The translations under genes were made by a program, and so were the position numbers. A DNA stretch of 64,000 nt, from positions 59,212,001 to 59,276,000 of the forward strand of contig NC_045697.1 of the NCBI RefSeq assembly GCF_009834535.1, written 5' to 3'. This DNA is from Camelus ferus. Taxonomy: Eukaryota. The notes below the pieces were generated by a model that was not told the DNA's origin, made no database searches, and saw only the letters and a list, made by a program, of their open reading frames with translations. The stretch's first letter is position 1. Each line of letters starts with the position of its first letter. Of this stretch, positions 13,222-27,139 are shown one piece after another.

Positions 13222-13829
13222 AAAATCTGGACTAGAAAAATAAGTTCACAAATAAGGAATAAATTCTTAGAGGAAAGCTTATCCTTATTGTTACAGAAAT
13301 ATCCATTTATATTTTTTTAAAAAGCTGTAATTTAAATGCCTTTGTGTTGTCTCACTATTCTAAGTGAGAAACGGATTAGCAATTAATATATGGCCGTTCT
13401 GTGATTCCTTAATAAATGGAAAGGAGCTTTTCCTTACAGCTTTTGGAGCTCTTTCACAAATTAATTGACTCTAACAGGTGTATGTTAGAGTTCCATATTC
13501 CAAAGAGGGAAGTGGGAATAGCCAGCTTAAAAGAATCGTAAAGTTGTAGAACATATCTAAAAGCCAAATACTTCTGAGAGGTGAATTTGGGGACAGCTTT
13601 ACATTTTCATGTCCTACTCTGGTGAAAGAAGGTGCTATTTCTATCCTTTCATTCTGACCTCGTATCTAGAAGTGGTTCATCTTCAGTTCCAGGCCTGTGG
13701 GCAGACTTCTAAGCTGTATTTCCACGGTTATTTTAATGAGCACTGCATGATTGTACTGAGTTTGGGTTTTTTGTTTTTTTTTTTTGATTACTCTTTTTTG
13801 TACCTACCTACATACAACATTCCACATTT

Positions 13830-14090
13830 AAGGGTGACATACTGCATATTTCATTTATGTGAAATTCTGGAAGAGATAAAGCTATCGCCCGGAGAACAAA
13901 TCAGTACTTTATAGAGGTTGGGGCATGCTGTGATCATAAAAGGTAGTTCCAAGGAATTTTTTGGGGGGGGTGATGAAACTATTCTAGACCCTGATTGTTG
14001 TGGTAGCTACAAGAATGTGTATTATGATTTCTTGAACTGAACACCAGAAAGGGTCAAGTTTACTGAAGTAAATTTGCAAAGTAAAAAAGT
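13830..14090 (+). mobile_element. Old L1M (L1ME-like) 3' fragment
   Basis: catactgcatatttcatttatgtgaaattctggaaga...gggggtgatgaaactattcta...gaactgaacacc. Confidence 0.6.
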
Positions 14091-14201
14091 TTTTAAAAGA
14101 TGATTTGATTTTTAGTACTGTCTTAATTTCCACTCTTATCCAAATGTTTGAATGATGTTTTAATGTTTTGTAGGAAGCACTGATAAAAATATTTTCAGAA
14201 T

Positions 14202-14361
14202 GAACAATAAGGTCCTACTGTATAGCACAGGGAACTATATTCAATATCACGTTATAGCCTATGATGAAAAATAACATGAAAAGGAATATATATATATAAA
14301 CTGAATCATTATGCTGTACACCAGAAATTAATGCAACACTGTAAACTGACTATACTTCAAT
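14202..14361 (+). mobile_element. 5'-truncated L1 3' end, 160 bp
   Basis: aacaataaggtcctactgtatagcacagggaactatattcaatatc...gtaaactgactatacttcaat, flanked by the perfect direct repeat taaaaatattttcagaat (14184-14201 and 14362-14379). Confidence 0.9.
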
Positions 14362-15291
14362 TAAAAATATTTTCAGAATTATTAATAAAGTTCTGAATAT
14401 TCAAATACGTTTTCATTTTATTGCTGAATTAAGAGATACTGTGAAGTCTTTCTATAATATAGTCCTCTAGGGATCAGAGCAAGGGATCACCTTAGAGTTA
14501 AGATCCTTTTTCTATTTTTACCTTCCAAACATCTCTGGTAAAATGAAAGATAAGCTTCTATCTGCTGAATTCCTTTTAGGATTAAAGTGGTATAGTGAGA
14601 TTTCAGTGTATTTTGCCATCCATTTTTCATACTTTTTGTATGTATGGAGGGTAGAAAGTTCTTATATTTTAAAGTTATGTTTTGGTTAATCTCTCTATCT
14701 TGTATGTCTGGGTTCATCTTATTTAGCATGGTAAAACTACAGTTTATTGTTTATATCTTCATATTCTCAAATCTGAACCACATATTTCATAATAGGATAA
14801 AACATATTAGAAGTGGAAGAACCTTATAAACAATAAAAAAAACACAGAAAAATAATGAGGTAAATATCAGTCCACTCAAACTGACAGCGAATCTCAAAAT
14901 GGGCAGCTTATCTCTAAGTGGGAAGCTTTCAAGTTCTAATTGAATTGGATTATTTAGCACTTCCTTATGCCTGCCTGCAGAATGTACCTAAAAACCCATC
15001 TCTCCCTAGAATAGTTTTGATAAACAATTAAATATTTATACTGTAATTTATACCATGCTGAAATTAGATGATTTTTTTCAGTAATAAATGGCAACTCCAA
15101 TGGTGTCTAGGTTTTATTCCTTATTAGCCTTAGAGCTTTTCTACTCATATTAAAAGATAATGATTTCCTTCATAATTTAGCATTTATTAATTTTCACCCT
15201 CAGATATTCAGTTTCTTATAAATTCCTAATGAAAAAAATCATTTGAAATATATGTATATTTTTGAATGCATAGGTTGCCTTAAGAATTTAA

Positions 15292-15575
15292 TTTTTTAAG
15301 GGAGGTAATTAGGTTCATCTATTTATTACTTTTGGTGGAGGTACCAGGGATTGAACCTGGGACCTTGTGCATGCTAGGCATGCACTCTACCACTGAGCTA
15401 TATCCTCCCCTCACGAAATATTTTTATTTATTATTGTATTATTTAATTATTTAATTTTGGCAGAGGGAGGAAAATTAGTTTTATTTATTTTTAGAGGAGG
15501 TACTGGGGATTGAACCCAGAACCTTGTGCATGTTAAGCATGTGCTTTATTTACCACTTGAACTATACGCTCCCCC
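15292..15575 (-). mobile_element. Head-to-tail pair of vic-1-like tRNA SINEs
   Basis: Two units of ggaggtac..ggggattgaacc...catgct...accact(t)ga(g/a)ctata..ctcccc at about 15292-15411 and 15420-15575. The pair is bounded by the 10-bp direct repeat aagaatttaa (15282-15291 and 15576-15585). Confidence 0.85.
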
Positions 15576-16207
15576 AAGAATTTAAGACAAACAAAAATAA
15601 ATGTAATTTTGGAATTTGCTGAATATTCAGTTTAAAACACAAATTTCAGTATTTGCATTGTTCAGGACAAGACTGAGGTTGCCAGCCAATACTCTGTTTC
15701 TCTCTCTCTCTCTCATTGATTTGTTTGCTTGTTTACTGAAAATCTAGCTTACAATTTTCATGAGCCCAAAGTATACTGAGATGATGGTTTTTACTAATTT
15801 CCTATCTTTTGAAGTTGCTATTATAAATTCTCCATGTTGATGCTTGTGCAGGATCATCCCTAGAGGAAAGGGAATAGTGAAAGGAAAAGATTGAATTTGA
15901 GGAATTTGCGGGAGAGGAATGATAATAAACCCATCTTAGTACCCCTTTGGACCTCTCTGGTTAACTCATTGTTTACAGTAAAATTATTTTAAGTTTAAAT
16001 ATATGTTTATGTGAAATCAGTTTTTAATTGGAAAAGTTTTCTCAACATGGTATAGTTGGCAAAATCTCCCCCCACCAAGGATCTTCCAGTTGTATTAATT
16101 ATCAAATTGCACTTGTGTGTCAAATTGTGTAGAGATGAATTTGTATTTATCCATTTTAGATTGGTAAGTTGAAAACAGTAGGGCGAGAAAAAAGTGTAGC
16201 CACGTTT

Positions 16208-16832
16208 TGTGGGCAGATTCTAAGATGACCCTGAAGATTTCATTCATTCCCCTCAAGCATGGGAAGGAGCTGTGAATGTGATGGTATATCATTACTGTGA
16301 TTATGTGACCTTATGTGGTAGAAGAGATTCTGCAGAGATAAGTAAGTCCCCAATTACCTGACTTTGAAATCATCTAAAGGGAGATTTTCTGTGTGAGCCT
16401 GATGCAATCATTTGAGCCCTTAAATGAAGTCAGCAAGTCAAACAGCAGATTCTTTTGCTGTCCTTGATGAAGTAAACTACCACATGGTGAACTGCCTGTG
16501 GGGGTGAGGCTTTGGCAGGGTCCTGAGGGTGGCCCCTAAGAGCTGAGAGTTTTCCATTTTACAACTAGCAAGAAAGTGGAGACTTCAGGCTGTACAGCCT
16601 CAGGGACCGAGTTCTCCCGACAACCAGTAAGTTTGGAAGCAGACTCTGAGCCTGAAATGAGATTGCAGTTCTGGCTAACACTTTGATTTCAGCTTGGTGA
16701 GATTCAGAGCAGAGAATCCAGCTGGCCTGTGCTTAGTTCTTGACCCAAGGAAAATGTGAGAAGATAAATTTATATGGTTGTAAAAAGTTAAGTTTGTAGT
16801 AATTTGTTATATAGCAATAGAAAGCTAATACA
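16208..16832 (+). mobile_element. ERVL-MaLR solo LTR (MLT1E-like)
   Basis: tgtgggcagattctaagatgacc...aagggagattttctgtgtgagcctga...ttctggctaacactttgatttcagc...agcaatagaaagctaataca. Confidence 0.8.
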
Positions 16833-17724
16833 TTGCAAACGGTTCATTTAAAAAGGGCATAGTATTTAATGAAAATAAACTTTCATGGAATGATACTTAT
16901 GAAAATTAGTATTTGTTAGCATGAAAGAGGTACTTTTTAAGGAATATTAAAAATCCTGTGCTTGGAGATGCTCTGATCAGGCAGGTGTTCAAACTTCTAG
17001 ACAGACTGACGAAACTTCTGGGAGGCCGCATCACTAGGCACACATTTCAGTGGCAAGGGATAATTGTTTGTGTGTTTAAACATTCCCTCATCATTATAAA
17101 GTGCAAAATGAGTAAGTTACTACCTTAGTCAGTACATGATTTTGGCTATTCATTCTTCGATGAAGTTAAACTATCAATTCTCAAATGAAATATGAATTTT
17201 TTAAGTTCTGAACTATTGCTCTCACTGTGGTCATGAATTAACTACATTTATTTTATAGGAAGTGCTTGGCTAAGTTTTAATGCTTATTTACACGAGATAT
17301 TGCTGTGTATATTTTTGATGTATATGGGCACAAATAACTAGAGATAAGCCCTAATGCTCTAGTTCTGAAATTTTTAAAATTAAATTGTTTTATATAGATG
17401 AAATAAACTAATAAATACACATGAGTTACAAATGCAGGCATTGAAATCTATTAGTGGAGATGATTTTTAATTTTGTTTTCTTTTTTTATTGGAGGATACA
17501 CATTTTATGAAGTTGTAATGCGCCTTCAAATATTGCTTAAAGTAGTCACCCTTGAATACCTCCTCTAAATGTTTCACTTGTGATAAATCTACCAACATGC
17601 TTCCTCATACCTAGTAACAAGCAAGGTGATTTTAAGAATGCAGTGACCTTGCTCTTCGATCTTATACTTCTATTCATTAGAGTCATAAAAGTGTATTTTA
17701 ACATGGGTAATTTTGAAAATTCTC

Positions 17725-18160
17725 TGTGGTAAGGTTGTTTTATTGTTCCTAACTCTTCTATTCCTTCTCTATTGAAGGATTACGTATCTCCCTTCCTCCC
17801 TTCTTGCCACATGGCTTGCCAATCCTTTCATTTAGTTAAGTAGACATTCTGACCACTTGGTCAGTCATGGACAAGTAACTTGTGGGAGCCAATGAAATTG
17901 GAGCCAAAAAGACCTTGTTTCACTTTTACCCAGAGGCTTTAAGAACATTGTGCATTGCTGGGAGCTCTTTTTGATGTGCCATGAGAAGAGGTGTGCCAGA
18001 TTGGAGCTGGATCCTTCAGCCTGATCTGAAAATGAAGAAGTCTCGGGGAGCAAAAGTGTAGACTGACAGCTGGAACTGAGCTGCAGCTGACCAGCACCAT
18101 TCACATACAAATCTTTTGTTGTTTCATAAGCTTTTGATGTTTGTTTCTGTAACAAAGGTG
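17725..18160 (+). mobile_element. Old MaLR LTR (MLT1H/I-like)
   Basis: tgtggtaaggttgttttattgttcc...aagtaacttgtgggagccaatgaaat...tgccatgagaag...ccttcagcctg. Confidence 0.55.
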
Positions 18161-19849
18161 AGCGGTGTAGTCTGAAATTTAATTTTCTTTGAGATGAAAA
18201 TATGATCATTTCATTTTTCTGATTAGCACTTCAATAGCTTTCTATTGGCTTTAGACAAGATCAAAGTCTTAACTGGTACAAAATCATGTATGTTTGGGCC
18301 TTTACTGGATTTTTAAAAATAGTTTGAGGATTGACCATACATTCTCCCTGTGTCAGGAATTCTTTCCCTCTTCCCTTTCCACTAGCAGACACAACATATA
18401 CAAAGATTTTATGGTTATGATTAAATGATTAGTGCCTTTTTTCCTACTTCATTTTCTTTCCAAGATAATAGGGATTGTGTTGTTTATCCACAGTACCTGT
18501 CACAGTGCTGGAACATAGTAGAAATCTAATAAATATGTTAAATGAAGCAAAAAATAAATTTTTTTCATGTAAAATAATTTTTTCATCTATATCCTGAGAC
18601 ATCACGTGTTTCTTCAGAAATAGGGCCACTTTTTCTTAATTTTTTAAAAAATTTATTTCTAAAGACTCATAATGTATCTATAAGAAACATGCTTTTAAAT
18701 ATTACTGGAATATTTATTAAGTCAAAAGTGTAACTAGTACATTACAATTCCTTTTTTAATATTTCTCATGAAGTAAGAATCCATTTTCACTTTTCTTAGC
18801 CTAAGACTAGTTGAATGGTTTTCTGTTGTCATGGTAACAGTTTTTACAGTGGTTTTCCCCATATTTTAAACATTACATTATTTCATTAAAGATCTTAAAA
18901 ATTTTGAGGCAAATAATATTGTCTGTTCTTGATGGCTAAAATACATACAATTTCATATGCTTTCTGCATATATTTAAATTTGACTTTTAAATTATACTTA
19001 TTTTAATGGAACTACACTTTCTTTTATGCTTTCAGCTTTATATGTTCCAATTTACAGAGTCAATCTTGATTCTTTCTTAAGTTTATTTTTCTCAGTATAT
19101 ATTTTTAATAAAAAAGCATTGCTTGAATCCATCAAATTTAAGGTTTTGTTATTCAGTCCTAAAAAGAAACGTGGCATAGTATAAGGCGAATTCGGAATAG
19201 AACAGAGGGCAATTCTGTAAGGCATACTCAGAACTTCATTATACTTGTCAAAGGTTGGAGAGCATATGGCTAGGACGTTGACTGGATGCTACTGTTTGAT
19301 ACAGTAAACATGAAGGTGTAATACATTGGTAAATATGGACCAAGATGGAAGGATGCCTTACTGATTCCTAAGCAAATAAAGCTAGTGTTGTTTCTAGAAG
19401 GCATATGTATACCATTAACTGGAGAGAAAATGTTGGAAAGGGGACATAAATAACTTGGATATGGTTGTGGTAGATCTTTCCACAAATTAGTGTTCAGAGG
19501 TTTTTCTAATCTATTATTAATATTCAATGCTCTACCTTGATAAGAAGTTTGGGATAAAATCACAATGAGTGCTTTACAAGTAGATAGCTGATTTTCTGTG
19601 TGTTTCATGCTTCTATTTTGCATCTGACAGTTACATTTTTTCTCTAAGTGTTGAGACAATATTTAGGGAATTTGTAAACGTGCAGCTATGAAAATTCATT
19701 AAAGAGGCCATCCATGAGATGGTTAGAATTTTGGTAGCCAATTTTTCATATTTGATAGTGCTTGTTAGATGACTTAGTACTTTGATATAAACTGAATGTA
19801 AAATAACGCCTTTTTCCTTTTCGCTAGTCACACTGTAAGTCTGATCTAT

Positions 19850-20200
19850 TTTTCTTTTATTGAAGTATAGTCTACAATGTTGTGTCAATTTCTGGTGTAC
19901 AGCATAATGTTTCAGTCTACATGTACATACACAACATACTCATTTTCAAATTATTTTTCATTATAGGTTACTATATTGAATATAGTTCCCCGTTCTATAC
20001 AGTATAACCTTATTGTTTATCTATTTTATATATAGTAGTTAGTATCTGCTAATCTTGAACTCCCAATTTATCCCTTCCCTCCTGCTTTCCCCTCTGGTAA
20101 CCACAAGTTTGTTTTCTATGTTTGTTAGTCTGTTTCTGATTTGTAAATAAATTTTTTTGTCTCTTTTTTAGATTCCACATATAAGTGATATCATATGGTC
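19850..20200 (-). mobile_element. L1 3' end (lineage-specific family)
   Basis: ttttattgaagtatagtctacaatgttgtgtcaatttctggtgtacagc...ggtaaccacaagtttgttttctatg...agattccacatataagtgatatcatatgg. Confidence 0.85.
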
Positions 20201-20364
20201 TTTATGTTTTCTATTCTAGAGTGAATGAGTTTTTGAGACAAGTAAAGGGACTGGAAAATAGAGTTTGGGGAATGGGATGAAAGACAAAAACAATGAAATA
20301 AACAAAAGTCAGCAAATTGTTTTTTTTTTTTTTGAATATTGAATGAACTTTAAATTTTTGGAAA

Positions 20365-20500
20365 TGAAGAAAAGAATGAAAGAAAGGAAGGAAGAAAAAA
20401 GAGAAAAAGAAAGGGAAAGAAAAAAAAGAAAGAAAAAGAAAGAAAGAGGAGGATGAGAGGGAAGGAGGAAGGAAGGAAGGAAGAAAGGAAGAAAGGGAAA
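20365..20500. repeat. GA-rich low-complexity tract ((GAAA)n/(GGAA)n)
   Basis: Near-pure purine run, visible directly. Confidence 0.9.
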
Positions 20501-23245
20501 CTTTTTGGTTATTTTATGCTTCCAAGGCCACAGATTTATTATTTGAGTATACAAATTTAGATTTTGTAGAGAAAAAAAGTATGGTGTTGTGCTGATGGAA
20601 CTCATACACTATAATAGATGATACACCAACATTCTCTATATTGTGAGACTTGTGTTAGGGGATATTTTTTGTTCCCTGCAATTAGTGCTTTGTGTGCCCT
20701 AATTAACTCAATGACCATCATTAGCGAGTATTGTTCACAACCTTAAAAAAACGCGTTTTAGTAAATTATGCATATAAATGCTAGATTATGAAGTAATTCT
20801 TTTTAGTCTCGTATTGACTTGAATACTGTTGATGGTGATGATAATAAATTAACAATGATTTATTTTGTGCGTAATATGTAATGGATATAGTGCCTTTTCA
20901 TCTTAACAAATCAGTGGGGTAAATATTCAGTTCTAATTTTGCAAAGACAGAAGCACAAACAAATTATTTTATCTTTCATAAAAATTATAAACCTTATAAC
21001 AAGAATTTTGAGGGATTCGATCAAATACTTTGGGGGATTTCCCATGCTTTTTCTATTATACCACATTTTCGACTTTAAATGCGAAGTTAACAGATGTAAA
21101 TGAAGAAAATGGTAGAGTAGTTACATGCCTAAAGTGTCTTGTCTTTAGAACACTAAAAATGGATTCTTTTAATTGTAATATAATAATAGGTTATGGTTAA
21201 ATGGTATTTCTTCTTTGGAGCTGTATTTGGAACTGAAAAATCAAAGGTCATGCATTCAAATTTATTTAGAATTATTATGCATTATTTTAGGTCTTGGAGC
21301 AGAAAAATTACAAAATAGCTCACACAAAACAACAATTATTTTGCATAAATTTTGTCCTTCAACAACTGTGTGAGGGTGGAAGGCAGTTTATCCTTTTTAT
21401 ATGAAGAAATTGGGGGAAAATAGTGTTCTTCTGAATCATAATGGAAGGACATACACTTGAAAAATTACTATATTTGAGATTAAGAACAATGCACATTCAT
21501 TCCTAATGAATCCCAATAATTTGGTCACTAGAGGTTTCTGAAAATTGGAAGATGTTGTTTTCTATTTGTACAAGTCATGTGATTTGGGGTACATATAGTT
21601 GGAAGTTTTGTGGGAAACCAAAAGCTTTCTAATTTGATGACTTGGATGACCTACTCAGGGGACAGAGAATGTTGGCTAAATAGCATTCCATTTATTAATG
21701 AGGCAGCCTTGCCTAGATGTGGAAAGTTCAGGAGCTCTGGAGTCAAATATATATATGTATTTACAACCTGTATGTCTTTGGGAAATTACCTAGATCTCTC
21801 AGAGCTTCCGTCTCTTTGGATGATACTAAATGTATGGCAGTAATACTTAATGTTTAAAGTGTTAGGCATATAGGAAATTTCCAATCACGCTCATTCTATC
21901 CTTGTCAGTTCCCTTTACTACTTGTTTGATCTATGCTGTTTTCAGATTCTAGGCCAGAATTTCCTTCTCTTTTTCCCTCCTTACTCAAATTATAGATCTC
22001 AAAAGGCATGGCTTCAATCTTTTTCAAAGTATTTCAGTGGTATACTTATATGAGTGATTGTCATGGAAAATATGAAGATGTTTATGTCAGGATTAAGCCA
22101 GTTTCCCTATTTCTCTATCTTGCCCACTATTCTTTAGAACTTCAATGGAACTAACTTGTTCCTCCCTTTTAGATGGGATAAAGGGAGGAGAGATGCTTAC
22201 GCAATATGTAGAGTTGACAGAAAGGAAAGCAAAAGGCAAAAGGGAGAGAAGTAAGATGGGGAGAGAGAGAGAAAAAGAGAGAGGGAAAAGAGAGAGATCT
22301 TCCTGTTGACCACGGTAATCCCTCTCATTGAACAAGAAGCAAGAAATTTGACTGGGAAGCTTTTGAGAATTTTAGCAGGAAGAATTTGCAGAGGTAAGAT
22401 GAGAGAAAACTCTTAGTATATCGCTATGAAATAGATAAGAATTTCTCCTTAGATGTACTGAGAGTAATTAGTTACATAAACAAAAACCAAGATCAATAAC
22501 TGTGAAGTAGCTTATTTCAAAACAATTAGCTATTATCTGTCATATGGTTGAACACAGACCAGCTGTAGAGAGAGTCTATTCTGGAGAGTTTCTGAACACA
22601 AGTTCAACTCTGACATTACATCTCAACATTATACTAATACCTAACTTTGACTCTTCAGTAAATTAGGTAAATTATCTTTATAATTAGTGTAGTAAAAATT
22701 CCATTTGCTTGAATGTTGTGATTATCTGATTTTTAAAAATTCCACACTAAAAAAGCTTCAGGAAGCTAACTTAAGCTACCAAAAACTCAACAAATAATCA
22801 ATAATCAGGAACCTTTGAATTCAGAGAAAAAAGATTTTTGGACTGTTGATAGCTACTATTATGACAATTTTTTTTAATACAGAATATCCAAACGAGATTA
22901 GGAAAGCAACTGAACTTTTCTGAGCACTAACTTTGTGTCAGACATTGCTGTATTATAAATTATCTTAGCTAATTGATTAGGCAACATCATTGCTTTAAAA
23001 CCAGTCTCTTAAAGTCCATGCAATAGCAGGAGAGAAGTTACAGTGACTGAAAGGAGTTTTTAAGTGAGAAGAAAAATGCAAAGGTACTGTCACATTCTCA
23101 GAGTTTCTTATTACTTTCAAATTCTTTACTTAAATGGTTTTCTCTATCCCCAAATTTTAGGAGTACTTTTGTTTGGCTGCATAAAGATACAACTATGCCA
23201 GGAATAGATTAGATGCCATTACCCATTCTGGAAATTCGCTATGCC

Positions 23246-23328
23246 AGATATATTTCCTTGGTGCTCACATGTAACTTCCATTAGCGTTAATGGGAGTTGC
23301 ATTCATGCATGGAGTAGAGAATAGATCC
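23246..23328. repeat. Ancient palindromic element (MER135-like hairpin)
   Basis: Core 23269-23302 atgtaacttccattagc|gttaatgggagttgcat is self-complementary. The outer arms (agatatatttcc / gagaatagatcc) resemble MER135 ends as I recall them. Confidence 0.6.
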
Positions 23329-24459
23329 ATTATCTTTAGAGGGCAGTTTCCCTTTTAATACATTGCTCAAGTTTTATTACATGTTTCCTTTTAGTTTATA
23401 TTATGGAGTCTCACTTCTTCGTTTATAGAAAGTGGCATATAACCATGGGATGAAACACTATTGTTGGAGGCTTCTTCCAGACAGTTTTAAGGCCATGAAA
23501 GTATGGAAGAATTATCTTTTAAAGTTTCTGTTCTTATAAGACAGTGACTATCATAGATTCATTTAGAACCAATAAAACAGTATAGATTTAAATCAAACAA
23601 CCATTCCAGTAATTACTGAATCAATTATTGATATTTGCAATCATTTTCAAGCTTACAGGAATTAATTTCCCCAGCAACTTAATTTGAATAGAAGGACAAG
23701 GAAGCTGTTAATGAAAACTTAGGCATTTCTATAATGTTGGGTCAAATTATATAGTCTCAAGTAAAAATATTTTGGATTTTTTTCTTGTAGATTGAGTCTT
23801 TAAAAAGAGAAAGGAAAGGAGTGGGTTTGTTTTTTTGATGATTTTACATGGGTGGATTTAAATAATGATGGGAAATAATCATGAAGAAGATCATCCAGTT
23901 ATCTTCTATACTCTTCTACTTCCATATGAATTTCCTCTTAGACATTCCCTCATCACTGGTATGTGTGATGAAATGAGCTAGCCTTCAAAGAGGTAATTTT
24001 TTATTTTCTGTCTCATGTACTAGACAAAAATCTTTTGAACCAATGTATTTACAAGCACTCTGTGAAGAGTCTTTGCTGCTATCCTCTTCAGATAATTTTT
24101 TTTCTGCATCCTGCCTCTTGTCTTTCACTTTGAACCACTTTTTGCTTGTTTTTCCTTGTTTCTATCCTGTTCAGTAACACCTGAATTTTTTCTTTCAAAA
24201 TGTTTGTGTCCTTCTGACTGGCTTTTTCAATAGACTAGATCTTAGAAATGTTGCCATTGGAGCACCTTCATATATGCCACATACTACAAATGGTTAGTAT
24301 TTTAATGCTGCTCTCAATGCCATTATGCCCTGTATCACTGTGTACATCTATCACCAAATTCCCGTGATTCTCTCATTGCCATATTTCATTTCCATGTGGT
24401 TCTGTATATCTCTTAATCTCTTTCTCTTCATCACACAAAAGACTTACACTGTGACCTCT

Positions 24460-24905
24460 GGAGCCTTGATTTTAGTTGGGTACATCAGTGCCTAGAGTAA
24501 GATAATATATTGTCTAGTTTTCCTTGCAATAGGGATTGTCATGCAACTAATTCTAACTAATGTGATATAAATGGATCTGTTACATGAGACCTCCTGTGTA
24601 GCTTAAAGAGAACTGACACGTGAAAGAGCTCCTTTCATGAAAACCTGACTTTCTTATTTCTAGCTTGAATTTGCATGTATTTGCTGGATTAGGTCTCATC
24701 TGGACAATAGGTGACATTGAGACTGAAAAACACGTGCCAGGATAGCAGACCATAAATATGTGAACTTGAATCTCCCAATAATATTTTGATTATCTACCTC
24801 CAGAATTGTTTTGTATGAGATACAAATAAGCTTACATATTGTTAAATTTGATTATATATTTTGGTTCCTCTGTTATGTACAGACAAAAACAAGTTCCTAC
24901 TGATA
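24460..24905 (+). mobile_element. Old MaLR LTR (MLT1H/J-like)
   Basis: tttccttgcaatagggattgtcatgcaactaattctaactaatg...tctacctccagaattgttttgtatgaga...ttcctactgatatac. Confidence 0.5.
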
Positions 24906-25259
24906 TACCTCCCAAACCTGCTCATTCTTTAGTCTTTCTCTTACATGGCAATTTTCCTTTCCCAGTTTCTTATGCTCAAACCCCTGAAGACATCCCTGAT
25001 ACTCTTTCTCACAGCTTTCTACTAATATGTAGAAAACCCTATAGGCTCTACCATCAAAACATATCCAGAATCTGACTACTTCTCGTCACGTCTACTCTAT
25101 CATCCTCTTGATTCAAGCAACGTGTATCTTTTGATTTTCTCTATTGTTTCTCTTCTGTTTTAAATTTTATTGATTTCTGTTTTTGTCTTTATTATGTCCT
25201 TTCTTCCCCTTGTTTATATTTATATAGTTGTTATTTATTCAATTTCTGGAGATAGAAAA

Positions 25260-25809
25260 TGTAGGGGAAATAATTTTCCCTATAGCTGTATGAATCTTAG
25301 CTGAGATCCCTGTAATAAAAAACAGATTAATAAGAGAAAAAAAAAAAACAGATTAACAAGAGAAAAACAAACAGAAGCATGGGAGATACCTAGGGAAAAA
25401 TGAGTAACTTAAATAAGTGGTTTAGAATTCAAAGTTGAGTACCATCTTAATAGGGAAACAGTAGTGGTTTGTAGGTTTCTTAGGGAAGAGTAGATAATTT
25501 TTAGGAGAGATGAATGGGCCCTTAGAAGAATAGATGGAAAGTATGATATTTTATGACAGTTATTCTGGGTGTGGTGTCAACTTTTAGTCTCATCTCCTAT
25601 GATAAATGTCAATCTTCCATGGCTGATGAGACTCCTGGGCAGAGAATTTATGACAACTGAGTTCCTTTTGGAGGTTCTGTCTTTAGGTAGATAAGGGGAG
25701 TTCAGAAAAAGCCTCTCCCTGTATTTGCTATAGTTCAAGTGTCTACAGTTTAAAATAATCAGTATCCAAAGCTGACATATTTTGGGGAGGTATACTGTGC
25801 TTCCTGTCA
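25260..25809 (-). mobile_element. ERV1 solo LTR (MER34/MER39-like) inserted in an old L1 fragment
   Basis: TG...CA termini: tgtaggggaaataatttt...aacagattaacaagagaaaaac...ggcagagaatttatgacaactgag...catattttggggaggtatactgtgcttcctgtca. Confidence 0.75.
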
Positions 25810-26054
25810 AAGTTTAGTTTACAGATTTTTATATCCTCCATTCCTGTATGAATATCTGGTGGCATAATTTTCACACCTTAGCTTTTTTCCTCAAATTTTA
25901 ATCGTTGTATTTTCATTTTCATTTAGTTTAAAACAAATTCTAATATCCCTTGATACACTCTGTTTAATTAGAGTATGCTATTAACTTCCAAATATTTGGA
26001 GAATTTTCTAATATCTTTTTATTGTTTATTTCTAGTTTATTTCCATTATGGTGA

Positions 26055-27085
26055 TTCTTGTTCCAGGTAAAAGTAGTAAGCATATTTTACCCAGTTTCTT
26101 CTCCTGAGTGAACTATAAAACTTGGACACAGTGTATGAAGCAGTGATCTGAAGACTCTGAAAATTAAATAGAAGCAAAAAAAAAAAAAAAAAAAGACCAA
26201 AAATTTTAGTAACATTTGGATTGGTAGTGAGTTTACAATTTTCTCCCAGTTATTTCCTAGCCTAGTCTCAAGGCAATCTGAAATTCAGAAATGGACATCA
26301 GCACAGACAGAAAGCTCTAGGAGAAGCACTCTATTACATGGTGATGGGCAGGAAAGAGATCTTGTAGTAACAGTGGGATAGCACTGGCCAACTAGTGCCC
26401 GGAACTGAGAGGTAGGAGCTGTGCTCCCAAGGGGGTGGGGTTAACCCTGGTTGCTGTTCTCTCTCTCTATCCTACTATGATTCTATTCCACATCAGGAAG
26501 TGTGTGAGATAGTCAGGTAAATAGAGGCCCAGATTTCTGCATGGAAGACTGGAAAAGGGAGCCTCAGTGAAATGAAAAGTACCAGGGGAATCATGGAGAG
26601 GAAGAAGCTTAAAAAAGCAACTTGTATAAATTTATTATGAACTCTTGGGATTACCCCTGAGATATATATATCTGTGATCCTAAATAGCATACCAATAACT
26701 TTGAGCAATGAACTAAGGGGTAGATACTCACTCAAGTCCTAGGCTGACCAATGAGCGACAAACACACAGGACAGATCCAAATAATACTGTGTAGGCTTTA
26801 AAAATAGAACAACCTATGGAATGTTGGTCAGATCTTGAAACCTGTACCCACTGATCTTGAAACCTGGACCTGCTAAAACAAAATCATCAGGAATATCCAT
26901 AGTGTTTAAATAAGATCCAAAGTCTCATAACATAATATTGAGATTGTCCAAGGTAAAATCCAAAAATATTCAGCACATGAAGAATCAAGAAAATCACAAC
27001 TCACATAGAAAAGACGATCAACAGACTCCAACCTCAAGATGTTGGAATTGTCTACAAAGACACTAAATCAGCTATTTTAAAACCA
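26055..27085 (+). mobile_element. Old L1M 5'UTR and ORF1 start, degenerate
   Basis: aactataaaacttggacac...gaagactctgaaa near the start, then cagcacatgaagaatcaagaaaat...aagatgttggaattgtc...aaatcagctatt, typical of the start of L1M ORF1. Confidence 0.55.
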
Positions 27086-27139
27086 GTGGGTAGATGATAT
27101 CAATATGACTTTTTACTATTGGTATTGATCTTGATCACT

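Noticed and set aside
14522..14534. 13-nt minus-strand microexon (cag|AGATGTTTGGAAG|gtaaaa)
   Set aside because: Weak donor, frame-shifting length and no other support.
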